Positions 37,082-50,259 of a stretch of 64,000 bases of DNA are shown piece after piece. How positions within the stretch are numbered: position 1 is the stretch's first letter; each line of letters opens with the position of its first letter. The stretch comes from Podarcis filfolensis (taxonomy: Eukaryota), in NCBI GenBank assembly GCA_964270895.1, contig OZ185439.1; one strand, 5' to 3'. Below the pieces are notes generated by a model, which saw nothing but the letters and a program-made list of their open reading frames with translations, was not told where the DNA came from and made no database searches. The position numbers were made by a program, and so were the translations under genes.

Positions 37082-40000
37082 CAGATGGCATGGAAACTGC
37101 CAGTTAGAAGGGACTGTATTATAATCTGAATGATTTTTGAAGGTAGAGGGTGAGTACCTGCACATTCAACATAGTCTTTACACTGGTTTACACACACACA
37201 ATCACACATGAAACAATCACACTCCCCCCCCCCTATTTATCCCTGCCTCCCCTTCCTATGCTTTCCATGTCCAATTTTAGTCTGCAGCCTTCTTGGAGCC
37301 GGGATGTGTTCTTACACTCTGTAATGTCACACATCCTGATGGTGATATAGCAGTAGCAGTCATATTAAGAGAGGATATTTGTCACATTAAAGTCAGTATA
37401 TCAATGGTCCCCCTCAACAGAGGTGATAAATAGCCCACCATTGCTGACAGTCATGTAGATAAAATCTGGGCCACTTTAGGATTAAATTGGTTCCCAGTTT
37501 CACTTGGCACGTTGTTTCCATTCTGTCCATAACTGTGTGTTTTATCTTTGCTGCATAAATACTGTAACTCAAACCAACAATTTGTTCCAACGCCAGTTTG
37601 CTTTGTATTGGTTATTTTATGTACCTCAGATTTCCCCAGCAATTAGTTGAGGCCAGGAAAAATTTCCGTAACCTCTCATTAAAAGAGTGCAAACAAGTTA
37701 AATATTTAATTATGATGAGCACTGCTCCAAATGGCTGTGCAGTTCTTCAAATGGTTGAGTGGACGCATTTTGGGATGCTGCCTAGTTGGCAAATAGTTTC
37801 TGCCTCCATGAACAAAGGGGACAGGATGCAGTGAACATCTGATGTGTTAAAATTGATTTACAGGAAAGTGTCCTATCTGGGACTGTAGGTAAGCTTTGAT
37901 TTGGCAATATGCAACTCATTAAGCTACATGCTCCAGGTTGCATTACTGAGTATGTGTGAATCTAGCACAATGAATGATGCGATATCACAATTAAAATAAA
38001 GCACCTCATTCAAATACTTTTTGATATACTCATTTGGCTTCCTCTCTGCTAGTCTTCTCCATCTCCTGCCTCCTCCAGATTTACCAAAAAATGTGCTAAT
38101 TTCCCTTGAATATTATCTTTGTACTCACTATGTCTATTTGTGTAATGGACCACACATCTGAGTTTTCTGAGCTCTAGTATTTTGTCTCATTGTTAATCCC
38201 GCCTACTGAAAATATGGTTTCTGCCATGGTACAGCATGACTCTAGGGTAGAGGCTAAAGATTCCAACATTTAGGTGTACAGGTGTATTACTATAAATATG
38301 TTCACAAGGACATGTGATGCTAACAAAAGGCAATGAAATGGGTCCCCACTCTAGTTCAGACGTCTAAATGCATGGGCCTTCTTTCTCCACAGAGAACCAA
38401 TCAGTTATTGATATGCATTGTTTCTGAAGGTTGCATGGTTGAGAAGTACTAATACTAATGATATTAAACCATTAATAGAATCCAGCTGAACCCTAATAAA
38501 TTCAAAGAGGAAGAGACCAGTGATATTGAAATGGCAGAAGGCCAGTTTCACTTCATGCTGTTATATTGAGCAAACAGAAAACTATGTATGCTAAGCTATA
38601 AAGCTCTAGTACATGGGCATCTTTCTAATACGTAATTTATATTGTAGGGCAAAAGAAAGTCAAACAAGTTTTGTGCCTTTTAACAAGCTATGTAACATCA
38701 AGCACAGCTAGTAAGTAGTTTGACATCTGCCATAACATTTTGTCCTATGAACTGCCCATGGTTGTTTGCTCCATGCTTTATCAAGGCAACACGTTTGGGG
38801 ATTTCTGTGCTGACTTTTAATGTTAAGTGCCTGAAGGAGTTATCCATACAAAGATTTTTAAATCACGTAAGTTGAAGAGATCCAATCTGGCAAACCTTTA
38901 AGAAGGCCCTGACACAATAGAATTATGATTTTTCTACCTTATGGTATGACCTTTATTTGAGGGGTTTTTTTGGAAAATGGGAGGCTATGAACTTGAAACT
39001 CATAAGAATATTGACAAGACTGGTCATCATTCAGAGGTCCTCTAAAAAAGTGTCTTGTGATTTTATCAGTGTAACACACTTTCCAGTTTTTAAGGACTTT
39101 GCCCATTCTCTAAAGATTGTTCAGTCTGCTTCCCCTGCAAAGCTGTTTAGCACTGCTTACAAAAGGTTGTTGTTGTTGTTGATTAAATTTGTATTCTGCC
39201 CTTCATACGAAGATGAAGCAGGGAGGTTCTCAATATAAAAATACAAAACGAGAACATGTTGTAGTGCAACATTACTTTAAAAACAGCCTGAGACTATGAG
39301 ACTGGAGAGGCAGCTGGGCAATAGAAATGGAGAAATCCTCTTTTTGCTTTTTGGCATTACTTTCTAAGTAACTGTGCCCACTTCTCATGACTTTTTTTTT
39401 TAAACACAATTTTCTGCCGGAGAAAGTCATGTTAAGATCTTAAAAGGACATTTGGGCTACACAATTAAGAAGAAAGGATATCTGAAATGCAATTTACACC
39501 CAGAAGGCTATGGAGTTTGCAAGATGCCAACAAGTTACTATGTGGTTAAGTGTAATCTGCTGCTGCCTCCTGTTTCTGGACCTGGTCCTTTCACCTGTGC
39601 CCTGGAGCTTGAATTGCAGCCTAGGTATGATCTTGCCAAGGCTTATCTTCTAGTACTGATCTTGTAAAAGTTTCAAACACCCTGACAACCTCTCAGAGAT
39701 GGACAAGGCTGCCCCTACCAAAATTCCCTTTAGCGAGACAAAAACAAAAGCCCTTCCTTTTTTCCACAGACTGTGGGTGTCCTCCCCCGTTTGACATTCT
39801 ACAAGACCATTCCTCCCAATTACATGACATTTTTTATGGCAACATCTCTAGTTATTGAGAAAGATTTCGTCTTATTTCTTTGCATGTGAAGGTTGGATTT
39901 TGATTGCCTGATTTATTCTTGCTTATGATTCCTAAATGGATTTTCAGAACACCATTTATGTTCATTTTTGAGCACATATATATAAAAAATAACTATGGTA

Positions 40001-40180
40001 AGAAACGTTAATGGGATGTTTATGTGGAATAGAGAAGAGAAATGGCTTTGTAATATAAGTCTGCTGTCAAAGTGCCACCTGATGACAAATAACTGGTCGA
40101 TAGTGGGCTGTAACTTCTTTGATCTTGTCATAATTCTGGTGACATCCTGCCTATTCCATATCTTTGCTTTGAATTTTTAG

Positions 40181-40186
40181 ATATTC
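40181..40186 (+). other. Candidate 6-nt microexon (ATATTC)
   Basis: TCTTTGCTTTGAATTTTTAG|ATATTC|GTAAGT: pyrimidine tract with TGC about 15 nt upstream, consensus donor, length a multiple of 3. Confidence 0.3.
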
Positions 40187-42426
40187 GTAAGTCAGCTGTG
40201 TGTTGAAAATAGAAACTTCTGGTGGTGATAAAGAACACATATATTCAAAAGCACTTGCTGTACTTTTCCATTCTCTAGACCTAAAAAACCTTAAGAGGAA
40301 GCATAGAGTAGTGCTGAAATTAATATTCAGAAATATTCAAAATATGGTAAAGTTTCCAAATTCACTCTACAAACTTTGTGCAGCACATTCTGAATTTGCA
40401 TTTTTCAAAAGTTATTTCATTTTGTTACACATAGCAATACAGGTGTTTTAGAGTCACAGAAAGAAGGCTTGCATGCTTGACATCATATGGTCCACAAGTT
40501 AATAAAATGATGCAGAGCAGAAAAATGGTTATTGCAGGAATATAGAAATAATACTACAATGAATAAGATAATGATTCAATGGAAGCACAATGGAGCGGTT
40601 AATAAAAAGTCATGGGATACAAACAAATCCAGATAAAAACATACTTTTCAGGACCTTGCCAGACCTAAATTTGTCTTGTGACATAAATAATGAATGACCA
40701 ATATGTAGCTGCATAGTCTGTAGGTTTGTCTTTACCCCTGGACGAGTATGTTTTTTCAGATATTGTGATAAACGAAGCCTCCTTAAACCAAGTAAAAAGG
40801 GAAAACGCCAAGTTAGTCCTCCATCCCTGAACAATGGTTAGTCAAGCGGTGACAGGCATTGCATTTTGCTTGACTTTATCCTCCCAAAATTTGAATATAA
40901 GTAAGACTTACTTACTGTCATCCCTTGATCATTTTGATAGGCTTGAAATACAGGGTCTCATAAGCTGTCAGTTCCTGAAATACTGTCAAATACTCTATGG
41001 GTTGGAACAAACTACCCATGGATGGGACTTTACCCATGGGATGCTCTGCTGGAGGAAGGGAGGAGCAACCATTTTTGTTGACCCTCTACCTCCCTGAAAT
41101 CCCCCGTGCCCACCAAAAACCCCGCCCTCTCAGTGATGCTGCATATGCAAGGCACAGTCCCTGACCAATACGTGATTAGCCTTGGTCTGACTTGCTCAAA
41201 GACAGGGGCAGGAACTCTGACCAGGCTTCCTTTCCCCATTTTGGAAATGCTGTGTGTGAGTAAGGCCTATCATGTATGCCTTGTGTGCCTGGTTCATGTA
41301 GCATGATTGAAGGGTGGAGCTTATGCCGCACATTCACACTTGCCCTTTTGTGTGTTCAGACTGAAAACCAGAAGAGGACTAGAGTTACAAACTTGTAATA
41401 CTAAAGGAACACAACTCACATGTCACAGAAGTGGTTAACTGACTGTCAGCTCATACTCCCTCACACAGTTGTTATGAGGATAAAACAGGATAAAAATGTA
41501 CTTTTACTTGCCCCAAGCCCTTGGAATAGAGTGAAAAGCTTTGAAAAGAAATGTGTGCATTCACTCCTTTAGTAGTTACAACTTATTAATATTTTGTGCA
41601 ATCTACTGTAAATTAAATTAAAAGTGAGCCAACTTGACCAATCCATTTCCAATTCAAGGTTGCTTGCTACAATTGAATGTATATTTTAAAAGCACAATGT
41701 TAAGAGAAATGCTACCAAACCATATACAAAATTGGTATCATTTGTAAGATTATCACAGCAAATTCAGGAGGGGGGAAATCAGCGAAGTACCTTGAAGACA
41801 TGATATTGGCACAAAAGATGTAAGATCTGAGGGAGATGATTGGTGGCCTCATGTACAAGGGAATCGTTCTTCAAAAGAAACATCTGTAAGTGGTACTCCC
41901 TGTTGCCTGGATGGCCGATCAATGAACATTTGCATTCCAATAGCCAGCTCTTGTGAAAATAAATTGAATAGCATTTTAAGAGGCTGGAACAATGTATTAT
42001 GTAAAGGATCTTTTGTTCTCTAAGTTCAGCAAGATCAAATATGCAGTGATAATAAATCTTTTAAAAATGGAGGTGGAGGGAGAACAGGGAAACGTCAGTT
42101 TTGATTAACCACTATTTTATTCAAAGTGATTTTAAGTGAAGTCTCAAGTAGATGCATTTATTTTATTATGTACCCCAGAAAATCGGCATCTTGAGATAGG
42201 CATTTTATGGTTTGTAAAGACTTCTGCCCAAATGTACAGTGGTATCTTGCGTTACATACGCTTCAGGTTACATACACTTCAGGTTACACACTCCACTAAC
42301 CTAGAAATAGTGCTTCAGGTTAAGAACTTCGCTTCAGGATAAGAACAGAAATCGGGCCTCGGCGGCGCGGCGGCAGTGGGAGGCCCCATTAGCTAAAGTG
42401 GTGCTTCAGGTTAAGAACAGTTTCAG

Positions 42427-42755
42427 TGATCTATAATGAAATGAAAAAGGTATTTAAATGTACCTTTCTGAAGAAACCAGAGGCCTTTCTCCTGGGCATG
42501 GTCGGCCAATTGGTGCCAAAGAAGGACAGAACTTTCTTTATGTATGCTACAACAGCAGCAAGAATACTTATTGCAAAGCATTGGAAGACACAAGATCTAC
42601 CCACCCTGGAAGAATGGCAGATGAAGGTGATAGACTATATGGAACTGGCGGAGATGACTGGCAGAATCCGAGACCAGGGAGAAGAGTCGGTGGAGGAAGA
42701 TTGGAAGAAATTTAAAGACTATTTACAGAAGTATTGTAAGATTAATGAATGTTAG
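42427..42755 (+). pseudogene. L1 ORF2 C-terminal fragment with open frame
   Basis: KKPEAFLLG...FMYATTAARILIAKHWKTQDLPTLEEWQMKVIDYMELAEMT...EEDWKKFKDYL is the typical non-mammalian L1 ORF2 end. Confidence 0.85.
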
Positions 42756-43141
42756 AATGATGTTGGAATGAATTTATGTGATTTTAGCAGAAATGTAACA
42801 AAGATTTAAGAAAAATAGACTGTTAATTGGTGAAAGGAGGGAAAGTAAACTTATATTAATATCAAGATAAATTTTCAGGACAAAAATTTGAAGAGAGGGA
42901 AAGGATTTGCTGAAATGGATGATTGACTTAGAATACAAAAAAGGGAGGTGTGAGGAGGTCAGGGAAACAAGCAAATGAAAGGTAAGTTATGGGAAGGTTT
43001 GATTTGTTTCCCCCCCCTTTTTAATTGTTTTTTATTTTTCGGTTTTTTATTGTGATGTGATGTCTTGTTTTTGTTGAATTTGGTGTTTTTTCTTTTTCCT
43101 TTTTGTAACCTTAAAACTTCAATAAATATTACTTTAAAAAA
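42427..43141 (+). mobile_element. 5'-truncated L1 LINE (ORF2 C-terminus, 3'UTR, short A tail)
   Basis: 14-bp TSD AAGAACAGTTTCAG (42413-42426, 43142-43155) at a TT|AAGA site; AATAAA at 43121. Confidence 0.93.
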
Positions 43142-43247
43142 AAGAACAGTTTCAGGTTAAGTACGGACCTCTGGAACAAATTAAGTACTTAACCCGAGGT
43201 ACCACTGTACAAGGATGCAATTCCTTGTAAATCAGCTTCTAGAGGAG

Positions 43248-43385
43248 GTGTGGGGAAAACAATGGCCACCCAGATGTTGCAGAGCTACAATACCCAGCAT
43301 ATCGGATCATTGGCCATGCATGTTAAAGCTGAATAGAGTTGTACAGTAGTTCAACATTTGGAGGTCCAAAGGTTCCCCACCCTTG
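43248..43385. mobile_element. Short palindromic hAT-type MITE, degraded
   Basis: CAGATGTTGCAGAGCTACAA...CAACATTTGGAGGTCCAAAGGTTCCCCACCCTTG, similar to 50812-50947. Confidence 0.5.
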
Positions 43386-44782
43386 TTCTCTAGGAAGGTG
43401 CCTCCTCCCTTCCTCCCCTCCCTTGCATCCCTATCTTTCTGGTAGAAGAAATCCTGGCATTCATCTCTTGATCACACTGGATTGCCAGTGTGGTATGCCT
43501 GCCTTTCTTTCCAATCATTTGCCCCTCCAGGTAACGGTCCATTCAATTTCCCCCACCCAGCTTTGGAGCACTCATTCTCCAAGGCTGCAGTAGGAAAGAC
43601 TGTGAAGTTTGGGTCAAAACGCACCTGAGACATTTGTGATCCCACTGTTTAAGGGTATGGGTATGATCTGGGCTTCCATCTAAACAAGCTTCTCATCTGA
43701 AGCTCTTTTATTTCCCCTTTTAGTTCTTGTAATAAACTTTACTGCATATAGCCAAAGAGCTTAAAACCTCTCATCCATTCACGGGACCGATTAATAGTTT
43801 GCAAAATGACATGTACATTGGCAAAGTACACAAAAACGAAAACCTATGCACTGTATTTACTGCACATAAAACACAGGTCAGTTAGTAAGTTAGAATCATT
43901 AGCAAAACTCAGCTGGTCAAATAAAGTAATATAAAGCTGGTTATCTAATAACTGGCACATCATCTTGAGCTGTTTTATCCAGGTACTATAAAATAATGCT
44001 AGGTAATGAATTTCCCTTGGGTCAGCATATAGTGGGCAGAATAATAAAAAAGTGAGTTATATCTTCAATATGATTACATCCAAAAGCACATTTTCTGTCC
44101 TGCTGTGGGATGCCTTTATACTTCTCTTCAAGATAAGCAGATGGCATTACTTGGCATCTAAGTTTTATAAAGGCCCATGTAACGGGGGGAAAGTCAATGT
44201 TTGAAATGAATGTACCCCACTAAGATCTTTTTTAATCATAGCGTCCCATTGGGAGAAGTGCAGATGATTAATGATAGCACAATCTTTCTGTGCATCAAAG
44301 AAACAATCCCTCAGGGCACAATGGCAGTCTAAGGCCAAGGAGCATTTTGGCAGCATTTAACTTGCCAAATTTTTTTAAACACCCATTTACCTTACCTCTG
44401 AGCCTTAATTGTTCCATCCAGCACAGTTTAGTAGGACTAGTAATTTACATGTCATTTAATCTGAACCAGTATCTCAAATAAATCAGGTCAGCTCTAGCTA
44501 TTATAGATGGTAACCTGAGCCTAGCTGTAAGAAGATCCATTGCTGTACCTGTGGAAAATTCTGGGATGATGCTTAGGTTTTTTTCCCTGAAGAATTTCTC
44601 CTATAGAAGTCAATGAAACCTGTTTACTAGAACAGGAGAAAGTAATTACAGCTTGTACTACTAGCATAGGAAACATGGTAGAGTAGTATCAGTGGCAAGC
44701 TTTTCCTTTCAGTGATATGAAAACAACAAGGCTGGAATTAATGGAGTCAAAGCTCCCCGGTGTTAAGAAAATAAACCGACTA

Positions 44783-45008
44783 CAGTGTTACCTTGGGTTA
44801 AAAATTTAATTCGTTCTGGAGGTCCGTTCTTAACCTGAAACTGTTCTTAATCTGAGGTACCACTTTAGCCAATGGGGCCTCCTGCTGCCGCCGCACCACT
44901 GCTGCACGATTTCTGTTGTCATCCTGAAGCAAAGTTCTTAACCTGAGGTACTATTTCTGGGTTAGTGGAGTCTGTAACCTGAAGTGCCTGTAACCTGAGG
45001 TACCACTG
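44783..45008 (-). mobile_element. CAGTGGTACCTC mariner MITE, copy 5 (inverted)
   Basis: TIRs and TA TSD; reverse complement of copy 1. Confidence 0.9.
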
Positions 45009-46346
45009 TAGTTCATTTTTCATAAAGTGAAGACGAAATATAAATATTGCTAATAGAAATGGCAATGCTGGTTGAGAAGCCCAATGCTGTGGATTAACTT
45101 CAACACACACCACTTCTTGAGGGTCACCAAACCTCCCAGAAGGGCCTCAGAAACCTTTCTGTTCTCTTAGGAGTAAATAGGCTGGTACTCTCTTTCAAAC
45201 CCAAAGTGGGAAATCAAGAGACTTTGGCCAAATGTAGGGGAAACATTCTGAGAACAAGGAGATGATGCAACTGGATATGTAGATTACATCTATTTCTGTT
45301 AGGCCAGAATCTAATATATTACTTTATACTCAAAGTGAGCTCTGCAAAATGAGGACAGCCATGGCATTCTGTCACTCTTTGGCCCTTCTACAGCACTACA
45401 AAACCTCTCTACATCACTTCCAAATTGCCCCTTTCTGTTTGTCTAGCAGAAAATAAATTGTGCCTTAGAGTTATCTTCAGTTGCCAAATGTCTCCTTGGT
45501 GCCAGAGGCACCTCTATCTAATTTGGAATGCTCAAATCAAGCTGCTCCATTTTTCTCCAAGGGGATGGTCATGCTCTGGGTTAACTTCACATGACACACT
45601 ATTTCAAAGGAGCAACTGTTTTATCATGCAGCTCTGGGCAAGCAAAGTGCTTCAAGGGGGCAGAAGAAGGTGGCCAAACAGCATGCCTCAGCTATCTCTC
45701 AAGAAGTGCACATATATTAACTTCTAATTAGGCAGCTTACTGCAACTCAGCCGTCACATTGTTATTCCCAAGTATCTTAAGGATTTCAGAGGGAAAAATT
45801 GTGGCACTCAGTTGTATAGGATCCAGGGGGGGGGGGTGGAGATGGTTACAATACAATAAAACAGTAAACCAATAGTCCAATAAAACCAGTTTAGCACAAC
45901 TTCTAAAGCAGATAAAAATACAACATATCCTTAAAACTCCGATAAATCCACAACCTGGGCTTTCCACTTGCATCAATGCAAGCCATGTGAGCTGGAAACT
46001 TGTAGAATTTTTTGGCAGACAAACTTCCACAATTGGAGGAACTTCATAATGTGCACACTATAAGCAGTTTGTTGTTCACTATGTGAAATTTATTTTTCTG
46101 TATGTGTTTATTTTCTTTGTTATGGACTTGTGTTTGAAGTACTGAAAATGTCTACAGGTTTTTTTTGTAGAGTATACCATTTTTGTGTGTGTAATACAAC
46201 ACCCCCATGCCATGCACTGTACTATGAACCTTTCAGAAGTGGGTGGAAAGTGTTTGTGTAATTTTGAAGAAAATATTTTCTAAATGCTTTACATGAGATT
46301 GAAGTAAGTAAATACTCAGAGAAGATGCACTGAAATCAATGGAGCT

Positions 46347-46835
46347 ACTCTGTGTAGACTCCACTTGGAGTAGTGTGTCCAGTTCTGAGCACCACAGTTT
46401 TAAAAGAATATTGACAAGTTCGAACATGTTCAGAAGAGGGTGACCAAGAAGATAAAAAGTCTGGAAACCAAGCCTTCATGTGAGGGCAACCAAGTACATG
46501 TGAGGGAGTTGGGAATGTTTAGTCCGGAGAAGAGGTGATATGAAAGCAATCTTCAAGTATCTGAAGGGCTGTCACATGAAAGATAGAGCTACCTTGTTTT
46601 TTGCTGCTGCAGAGAGTAGGAGCTGAACCAATTGATTCAAATTGCAAGAAAGAAGATTCTGACTAAACATTAGGAAGAACTTTCTGATGGTAAGAACTGT
46701 TTGACAGTGGAATGGACCATCTCAGAACATGGTAGACTCTCCTTCGCTGGAAGATGAATGACCATCTATCAGGATTCTTTACCTGTAATTTCTGAATTGT
46801 AGGGGGTTGGACAATATGTCCCTTCCAACTCTATG
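46347..46835 (+). mobile_element. CR1 LINE 3' fragment
   Basis: CACTTGGAGTAGTGTGTCCAGTTCTGAGCACCACAG (HLEYCVQFW.P-like), ending CCCTTCCAACTCTATGCTTCTATGA. Confidence 0.85.
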
Positions 46836-48004
46836 CTTCTATGAGTATGACTTACTTGGATCTCAATGTTTTTCTATACAGAAGCTTTTCACAAAGGCTT
46901 CCATGGTGAATATCATAGATTTTCTTGCTATCATGCCCTCAGTATTAAACAAATGCAAACTGTATTGAGGTTGAACTGATGTCAGAAGGTCAGAGTTCTT
47001 TCATGGGAATGTACCTTATCACTTCTCTTTCCCAATGTCTGCACAACAAGGTTGATTGTTTGCAGCTTTATCTGAGAAAAAAGAAAAGTTCGATAATATC
47101 AACTGAGGAAGAAATAAAATTCTTTTTTCCCCAATAGAAAATCCTTGCTGTATTTGATTTCTGTGTTCTGGAACCAATTTAGCTGTGGAAAGCCAAGGTA
47201 ATGGAAACTATCTTAAAAATGGCAAATGCATCCAAGTTTAACTTCCTGTCTGCATGAATATCATTCTTATGGCTGTTCGGTCGTCCCCCCCCCCAACCTC
47301 TCTTGTTATCTCTGAACATAACTGTGATCTATACAATTCTCCCAGCACAAAAAGTGATGTGTTTGAGATATGCATTGTGTATGGTAGGCATTGTTCAGTA
47401 GAGTAACAAGAAATAACTGCTTTATTTGATAGCGGACACAAACAGTATCAAACTAATGGAAAGCATTCTGCTTTTGTGAATGTTTCCTGTTAGAAATCTA
47501 ACAGGACAAAAAATTTCAAGCCTTTAAATCCCAGCAGCTTCTTCGGAAGTGGCCCAGCTTAATGGAGTGTGTGCCATTGCCCTACCTGCAGCCCTGCTGC
47601 TCATGGCAACCTGGGTGGAAGGCGAGGGAGCAGGCAAATCGTAGCACCAATCTGAAACTGGAGTTATTGGACCCAGATTAGGCCTGGTGTCATTAAATGA
47701 CAGTGGGAGGCTGACTCAAGATCCAGGGAATCCCAGGCTGGCTTAGACCTTCCTCCTCTTTCCCCCTGTAATGGCTGCCTGCGGGCATCTACCCCCTCTC
47801 CCCAATGTTTGATTGATATAATAATGAAAGCCTAGGCAAGGCTTCCAATTTGCTTTGGGGCCCAGATTCTGGTTGGTTTGGTTGCTGGTCCAATCAGGGC
47901 TGCTCCAAAGTGCTGAATCAGGAGCCACATCAGATCCGTAGGATAGAGTGCGAGGAGTACAATCCTTGTTTAAGACCCTTATTTTTGTTTTACATATTGT
48001 GTAT

Positions 48005-48345
48005 GGGCACTGTGGGTTAAACCACAGAGCCTAGGGCTTGCCGATCAGAAGGTCGGCGGTTCGGATCCCTGCGACGGGGTGAGCTCCCGTTGCTCGGTCC
48101 CTGCTCCTGCCCACCTAGCGGTTCGAAAGCACGTCAAATTGCAAGTAGATAAATAGGTACCACTCTGGCGGGAAGGTAAACGGTGTTTCCGTGCGCTGCT
48201 CTGGTTTGCCAGAAGCGGCTTAGTCATGCTGGCCACATGACCCAGAAGCTGTATGCCTGCTCCCTCGGCCAATAAAGCGAGATGAGCGCCACAACCCGAG
48301 TTGTCCATGACTGGACCTAATGGTCAGGGGTCCCCTTTACCTTTA
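48005..48345 (+). mobile_element. Near full-length Sauria SINE
   Basis: tRNA-like head with B-box-like GGTTCGGATCCC, central body, BovB-like 3' end and CCTTTACCTTTA tail. Confidence 0.9.
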
Positions 48346-49189
48346 ACAACATGGAGTTGCAGATCTAAGGGGGGAAAGCACTGTTGCAGGCAATCCAAAC
48401 TTCCTTTTGGCCAAGCTGAAAAATGGTGGTGGGGTGGAGGTGTTTCCCCATTCAGCCCTGCCAGCCTCTAGTGCTCAGAGTGATGCCAGGGCCAATCCAT
48501 CAGCACATATATCCCTATCCTCAGTGTGTGGTTTTTTTCTGGGGGCAGCAGATGATAACAGAATAATATGGAGGAAAGCACTCCTTCATATAAGCCAGAG
48601 ACCCGTGTCATGTAAGAGTTTATCTGTTAAAACTATCACTTTCAATTCCTCCTGGAAACAAACAGGAAACTAGTGAAGATGTTTCAACACAAGCAAGATG
48701 TGATCCATTATGATGTCAGTGGCAATTTCTGAACTGCTTTCGTAGACATTGCTAAGGCATGGCTAACAGTAGGCAAGTTATTTATATTGGCTTGAGTAGT
48801 GAAATATTCTAGATTAGGTTTTGCTGAATTAGTTTTTCTGTGTTGTTTTCATTTGCTCCTATGGTTAATTGCTCAATCTGCTTTGAAATTAGCTTTCTTC
48901 CAATAATATATTTACAATAACAGTTTCAATTGCTGCCTTTCCAAAAACAGCTAGTAAAAGCTAAAATTATTTTCTTTTGTCTTTGCTATTCACTCCATGC
49001 TCAAATTATTCACAACACTACTCACACTATGGAGGTTGAAGAACTGTTTATGGGAATAAGCCTGGAAATAAAGATGCCTTCTGAGAACCAAAGGAGGAGA
49101 GGCTAGGTTTTCAGGTCTGCTCCTCATGGACCACATTGACCTACACTATTTCATCATCATCTTCTCTTTTTTGCTTCTTGTACAAACAG

Positions 49190-49198
49190 ATACTAACA
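49190..49198 (+). other. Candidate 9-nt microexon (ATACTAACA)
   Basis: CTTCTCTTTTTTGCTTCTTGTACAAACAG|ATACTAACA|GTAAGT: strong tract, TGC about 16 nt upstream, consensus donor, frame-preserving. Confidence 0.33.
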
Positions 49199-49550
49199 GT
49201 AAGTCACAATTTGTCTATTGACAATTGAGACAAATGGTTCTACCCAACCCAACAGATACTACAAATGGAAAGAGCACATGCTGACACAGGAAGATGTATG
49301 CTTAAAATCATTGCCAAATAGTGAGCATCAGTCTTAGTCTATGGGAGCTCTTGCATAATGTATAAATAGGCTAAGTCTTGCAATCTAGAGCACAGCATGC
49401 TGCAAAATCAGATAGAGGCAGAAGTGTGCTTGAGCAGCAAGTAGCTCTAGATCGCTCAGTTGAGCCAGGCAGTACACCACAGGTAAACTGAAAACAGCTG
49501 GGATAGAAATATGCCAGCAATCACTGGGATACACTGGAAATAGTTGAAGG

Positions 49551-49700
49551 GAACCAGTGTGGTGCCCTGGTTACATTGTTAAACTAGGATCTGGTAGACC
49601 AGGGTTCAAATCTCCACTTAGCCCTGCAGCTCACTGGATAACTGTGGGCCAGTTGCTGTCTCAAAGCCTAACCTACCTCACAGGCTTGTGAGGATAAACT
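49551..49700 (+). mobile_element. Degraded tRNA-derived MIR/CORE-like SINE
   Basis: ACCAGTGTGGTG...GACCAGGGTTCAAATCTCCAC...CCTACCTCACAGGCTTGTGAGGATAAA. Confidence 0.6.
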
Positions 49701-50259
49701 ATAGACCACAACTAACTCCTTGGAGAAAAGGCAGCATATACATGTAAACAATGTCATAAAGCTGCACAAATATGCTTTGAAAGGAAAAAATTTGCAATTC
49801 GGCCTTGATGCTGAAAGCTCTGAGGACTGGGTTTTCAGGATTCTTAGCTCTGACTGAACATCTACTAAGCACTACAAACAAAAGAAATGAAAAGCAGATG
49901 AGTTTTGAAATACAAAATATCTCTGGGGTTTGGAGTTTAATTTTTTTCAGCATGATCTTGTTTATAACTTGTAGAAACCATGAAACCAATTCTAGGTGTT
50001 CTCAGTGTTCAGCTGATTCAAGAATGTCTGAAAGAACTCAGGAAGAGCAATCTAACCCCCCCACCCCTTACACTGGGTTGGGGGAGTTGGGTTAGGCAGA
50101 GGTGTCCTTCTGCCCAAATCTCCCAGCTGAGCTAAATTTACCGCTGTCTTGCAACTGTGTCAGATTCACTCACCCTGTAAGCAGAAGGATTACCATTGCA
50201 GTGGTGAACCTACCACTCTGCAAATTCCCACCAGTGGGAGCAGGGAGCTTATATATATA

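Larger units (their letters stand above)
42237..43207 (+). mobile_element. CAGTGGTACCTC mariner MITE, copy 4, split by an L1 insertion
   Basis: Left part 42237-42426 and right part 43142-43207 rejoin into a normal copy; TA flanks. Confidence 0.92.

Noticed and set aside
40760-40834. Exon-like segment sharing the hexapeptide DKRSLL with 60745-60765
   Set aside because: No DNA-level similarity; six-residue matches are expected by chance across six frames of 64 kb.
41796-41885. Frame reading SEGDDWW (SH3-like) ending at a GTAAGT donor
   Set aside because: No usable pyrimidine tract, and no ALYDY or GxxPxNY parts of an SH3 domain nearby.
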